DNA of 64,000 nt from positions 15,930 through 79,929 of the forward strand of contig CANQPZ010000001.1 in NCBI GenBank assembly GCA_947625895.1, given 5' to 3'. Source of the stretch: an uncultured Clostridia bacterium (GTDB taxonomy: Bacteria > Bacillota > Clostridia > TANB77 > CAG-508). How positions within the stretch are numbered: position 1 is the stretch's first letter; each line of letters opens with the position of its first letter. Both the position numbers and the translations under genes were made by a program. The notes below the pieces were generated by a model. That model was not told the origin of the DNA. It saw nothing but the letters and a program-made list of their open reading frames with translations, and did not search any database. This document shows, piece by piece, positions 61,483 through 64,000 of the stretch.

Positions 61483-63135
61483 ATGAACATTACTTTTTTG
61501 GGAGCTGCCAAAACAGTTACAGGTTCAAATTTTTTAGTAGAAGCTGCAGGAAAAAAATTTTTAGTAGACTGTGGTATGTATCAAGGTAGATCAACTCAGG
61601 AAATGGAAAATTCAGAAGATTTTCTATTTGAACCTAGTGAAATTGATTTTATGCTTTTAACACATGCTCATATTGATCACTCTGGAAGAATACCAAAATT
61701 ATATAATGAGGGATATAGAAATCCGGTATATGCTCATAAAGCAACTGTTGATTTGTGTTCTATAATGTTGCCAGATAGTGGACATATACAAGAAAATGAA
61801 ATTGAATGGAAAAATAGAAAAAGACTAAGAGCTGGTTTAGAGCCTTTACCACCATTATATACAGCTGAAGAGGCTAGAAAATGTTTAGAGATATTTAAAC
61901 CAGTAAAATATGATGAAATTGTTGATGTTGCTGAAAATATACAAGTAAGATTTAATGATGCAGGTCATATGTTAGGTTCTAGTATCATTGAAATTTGGGT
62001 TACTGAAAATGGAAAGACAGAAAAGATTGTATTTACTGGAGATATAGGAAATAATGATATTCCTTTATTAGATTCACCAACAATGATTGAAAGTGCAGAC
62101 TACTTAGTAATGGAATCAACTTATGGAAGTAGATTACACTTAAGAAATGATGACAAAGCTAAGATGTTTTTAGATATAGTTTCTGAGACATTAGATAATG
62201 GTGGGCGTGTTATTATACCATCTTTTGCAGTAGGTAGAACTCAAGAAATTTTATATGAGATTGATAAAATAAAAGAAGAAAATAAAGATGATAAAGAATT
62301 TACAAGAAAATATGAACAATTAATGAAAACGCCAGTATTTGTTGATAGTCCGCTTGCAATTTCTGCAACAGAAATATTTAAAATGAATACAGATTTATTT
62401 GAAGGAGAGATACAAGAAAAATTAAAAAATGGAGATCATCCTTTAGAATTTCCTGGATTACAATATGCTAGAACAGCTGATGAGTCAAAAGCTTTAAATG
62501 AAACTTATTATCCTTCTATTATCATTTCTGCAAGTGGTATGTGTGATATTGGAAGAATAAAACATCATTTAAAACATAATTTATGGAATCCTTCAAGTAC
62601 AATTTTATTTGTAGGATATCAAGCACCTGGAACACTTGGAAGACAAATTGTTGATGGCGCTGACAAGGTAAAAATTTTCGGAGAAGAAATTACAATTAAT
62701 GCAAGAATAGAATATATTGAAGGTTACTCTGGACATGCAGATCAGGAATGGCTATTAAACTTTGTATATTCATTTATAAATAAGCCAAAACATATATTTC
62801 TAGTTCATGGTGAACCAGAAGGACAAGAAGTATTAAAAGGTTTAATTGAGGAAAAAACGGAAATCCCAGTTACAATTCCTGGTTTTGGAGAAAAATATGA
62901 AGTGGCTGAAATACCTAAATTAGAAGAAAGAAAAGAATATTCTAAGAAACTTGAAAATTATAATTTGAGAATGCAAATTCTTGAAAAGCTATATAAGATT
63001 AAAGATGATATTAATGACATGACAAATGTTGTTAAACAAGAAAAAGTAATGACAGATGAGTCTAAGAGTGAAATAGATGATTTAAATAATAAAATAAAGA
63101 AATTAGAAGATCAAATTAAAGGATTAATAGACTAA
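61483..63135 (+). CDS. MBL-fold beta-CASP family ribonuclease-like hydrolase (TTHA0252/CPSF-like), with a C-terminal coiled coil
   Basis: MNITFLGAAKTVTGSNFLVEAAGKKFLVDCGMYQG and the LLTHAHIDHSG metallo-beta-lactamase motif, plus beta-CASP downstream motifs. A C-terminal extension of about 70 aa is a coiled coil. Confidence 0.7.
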   Translation: MNITFLGAAKTVTGSNFLVEAAGKKFLVDCGMYQGRSTQEMENSEDFLFEPSEIDFMLLTHAHIDHSGRIPKLYNEGYRNPVYAHKATVDLCSIMLPDSGHIQENEIEWKNRKRLRAGLEPLPPLYTAEEARKCLEIFKPVKYDEIVDVAENIQVRFNDAGHMLGSSIIEIWVTENGKTEKIVFTGDIGNNDIPLLDSPTMIESADYLVMESTYGSRLHLRNDDKAKMFLDIVSETLDNGGRVIIPSFAVGRTQEILYEIDKIKEENKDDKEFTRKYEQLMKTPVFVDSPLAISATEIFKMNTDLFEGEIQEKLKNGDHPLEFPGLQYARTADESKALNETYYPSIIISASGMCDIGRIKHHLKHNLWNPSSTILFVGYQAPGTLGRQIVDGADKVKIFGEEITINARIEYIEGYSGHADQEWLLNFVYSFINKPKHIFLVHGEPEGQEVLKGLIEEKTEIPVTIPGFGEKYEVAEIPKLEERKEYSKKLENYNLRMQILEKLYKIKDDINDMTNVVKQEKVMTDESKSEIDDLNNKIKKLEDQIKGLID

Positions 63136-63159
63136 TTTGAAGAGGGAAGGAACCAAGAA

Positions 63160-64000
63160 ATGGTAACAAAATATTATAATGATGCTATTATCGGAAATAA
63201 AAATATGACAGCTAGTTTATCAAAAACAGGAGAATTATTAAGAGTTTTTAATCAAGCTCCTGATTATAAACAGTTTTTTGAAATTTTCCATACAGGTGTA
63301 AAAATAAATGATTCAGCTTTAATTTATTTGCATAATGACGTAAATAATACTTATAGTCAGTATTATAAGGAAGATACAAATGTATTAGTTACAGAGATTT
63401 TAAATACTTATTTTAATTTAAAAATTGATCAGACTGATTATGTTCTTACAAAAGAAGATGTATTAGTTAGAAATTATCATTTTAAAAATGAAAGCAATAT
63501 TGATTTAGATGTTAATTTCCTTATATACTCAAAATTATTTACAAATATAAATAATGATGCATGTGGATACTTTAAAAATGATGCTTTACTTCAATATACA
63601 CATGATTATACTGTATGCACTTTTTCAAAAGAGAAAGTAAAATCATATCAGATTAATGATGCTGAAAATGGTATTACAAATGGAGTTATTTGGGGAAAAG
63701 ATTATATTGGTATGTCACCTGATTCTGCAATATCATATGAATTAGGAACTTTAAAACCTGGAGAAGAAAGAAGTTTTGAAATATATATCAATATAAGTGA
63801 TAATTCAAAAAAGAACTTGTTAAATGACTTAGATAATGAAATAGAAAGATTTAGGAAAATTGATTATAAAAAAGAGTTAGAAGACACAAAAAAATACTGG
63901 AGAAAATATTTAAAAGATCATTCTAATTTAGAATTAAAAGATGAAAAGGCTAATCATGCTGTAAGAAAGATATATAATAGAACTATTTTACTTGTGCCAC
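63160..64000 (+). CDS. Glycoside hydrolase family 15-like (glucoamylase/trehalase-type) protein, N-terminal part. The ORF continues beyond the window
   Basis: Open frame from an ATG at 63160 to the window end. N-terminal beta-sandwich region resembling the GH15 N-domain (IGN.NM.A...G...). Not in the ORF track because no stop codon lies within the window. Confidence 0.4.
   Translation, partial: MVTKYYNDAIIGNKNMTASLSKTGELLRVFNQAPDYKQFFEIFHTGVKINDSALIYLHNDVNNTYSQYYKEDTNVLVTEILNTYFNLKIDQTDYVLTKEDVLVRNYHFKNESNIDLDVNFLIYSKLFTNINNDACGYFKNDALLQYTHDYTVCTFSKEKVKSYQINDAENGITNGVIWGKDYIGMSPDSAISYELGTLKPGEERSFEIYINISDNSKKNLLNDLDNEIERFRKIDYKKELEDTKKYWRKYLKDHSNLELKDEKANHAVRKIYNRTILLVP

Overview
This 64 kb window is AT-rich (about 28-30% GC) and looks like core chromosome from a spore-forming, low-GC Firmicute of the class Clostridia: Spo0A is present, a YjcZ-like small sporulation peptide gene is present, and translation and cell-division genes dominate. 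Almost all genes are on the + strand. The recognisable backbone is: murA (3' end), ftsQ/divIB, two DUF881 genes, sbp, YnbB-like PLP enzyme, HI0933 flavoprotein, yigZ, spo0A, deoD, trmFO, rpsL-rpsG-fusA-tuf, plsX-acpP-rnc, ogg, murE, pth, rng, rimO, scpB, proS, groES-groEL with a promoter and CIRCE operator, mutL-miaA, sepF, divIVA, rsmD, ftsK, a beta-CASP MBL ribonuclease and a GH15-like partial ORF. I found no rRNA, tRNA, CRISPR array, integrase or transposase. The parts that are not ordinary housekeeping are: (1) two paralogous giant low-complexity proteins (730 and 1297 aa) that bracket trmFO, share a duplicated roughly 330-aa module I do not recognise, and carry different perfect in-frame tandem repeats (EEKPD, PDPxPDPx, DGPDGPGG); (2) a two-gene operon of an SPFH/COG4260 YdjI-like protein with a poly(QQPM) linker and SHOCT tail, followed by a double zinc-ribbon membrane protein; (3) a dispersed roughly 50-nt hairpin-plus-tail element (TAGGAAA-N10-TTTCCTA followed by AAAGGCTTCG) present three times, each copy directly after a terminator hairpin; (4) three tandem roughly 150-bp intergenic repeats with a GC-rich conserved core upstream of a Rieske-FAD oxidoreductase gene; (5) a tandem triplication of divergent membrane-protein paralogs plus an unknown 517-aa protein, apparently co-transcribed with ftsK; (6) a small glycosyltransferase island containing a frameshifted GT2 gene between murE and pth; (7) structured leaders around rpsL and rpsG and an unusually long rpsG-fusA spacer. 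The most likely undescribed system is the pair of trmFO-flanking paralogs, followed by the terminator-associated repeat element. I could not assign either to any known family from sequence alone.
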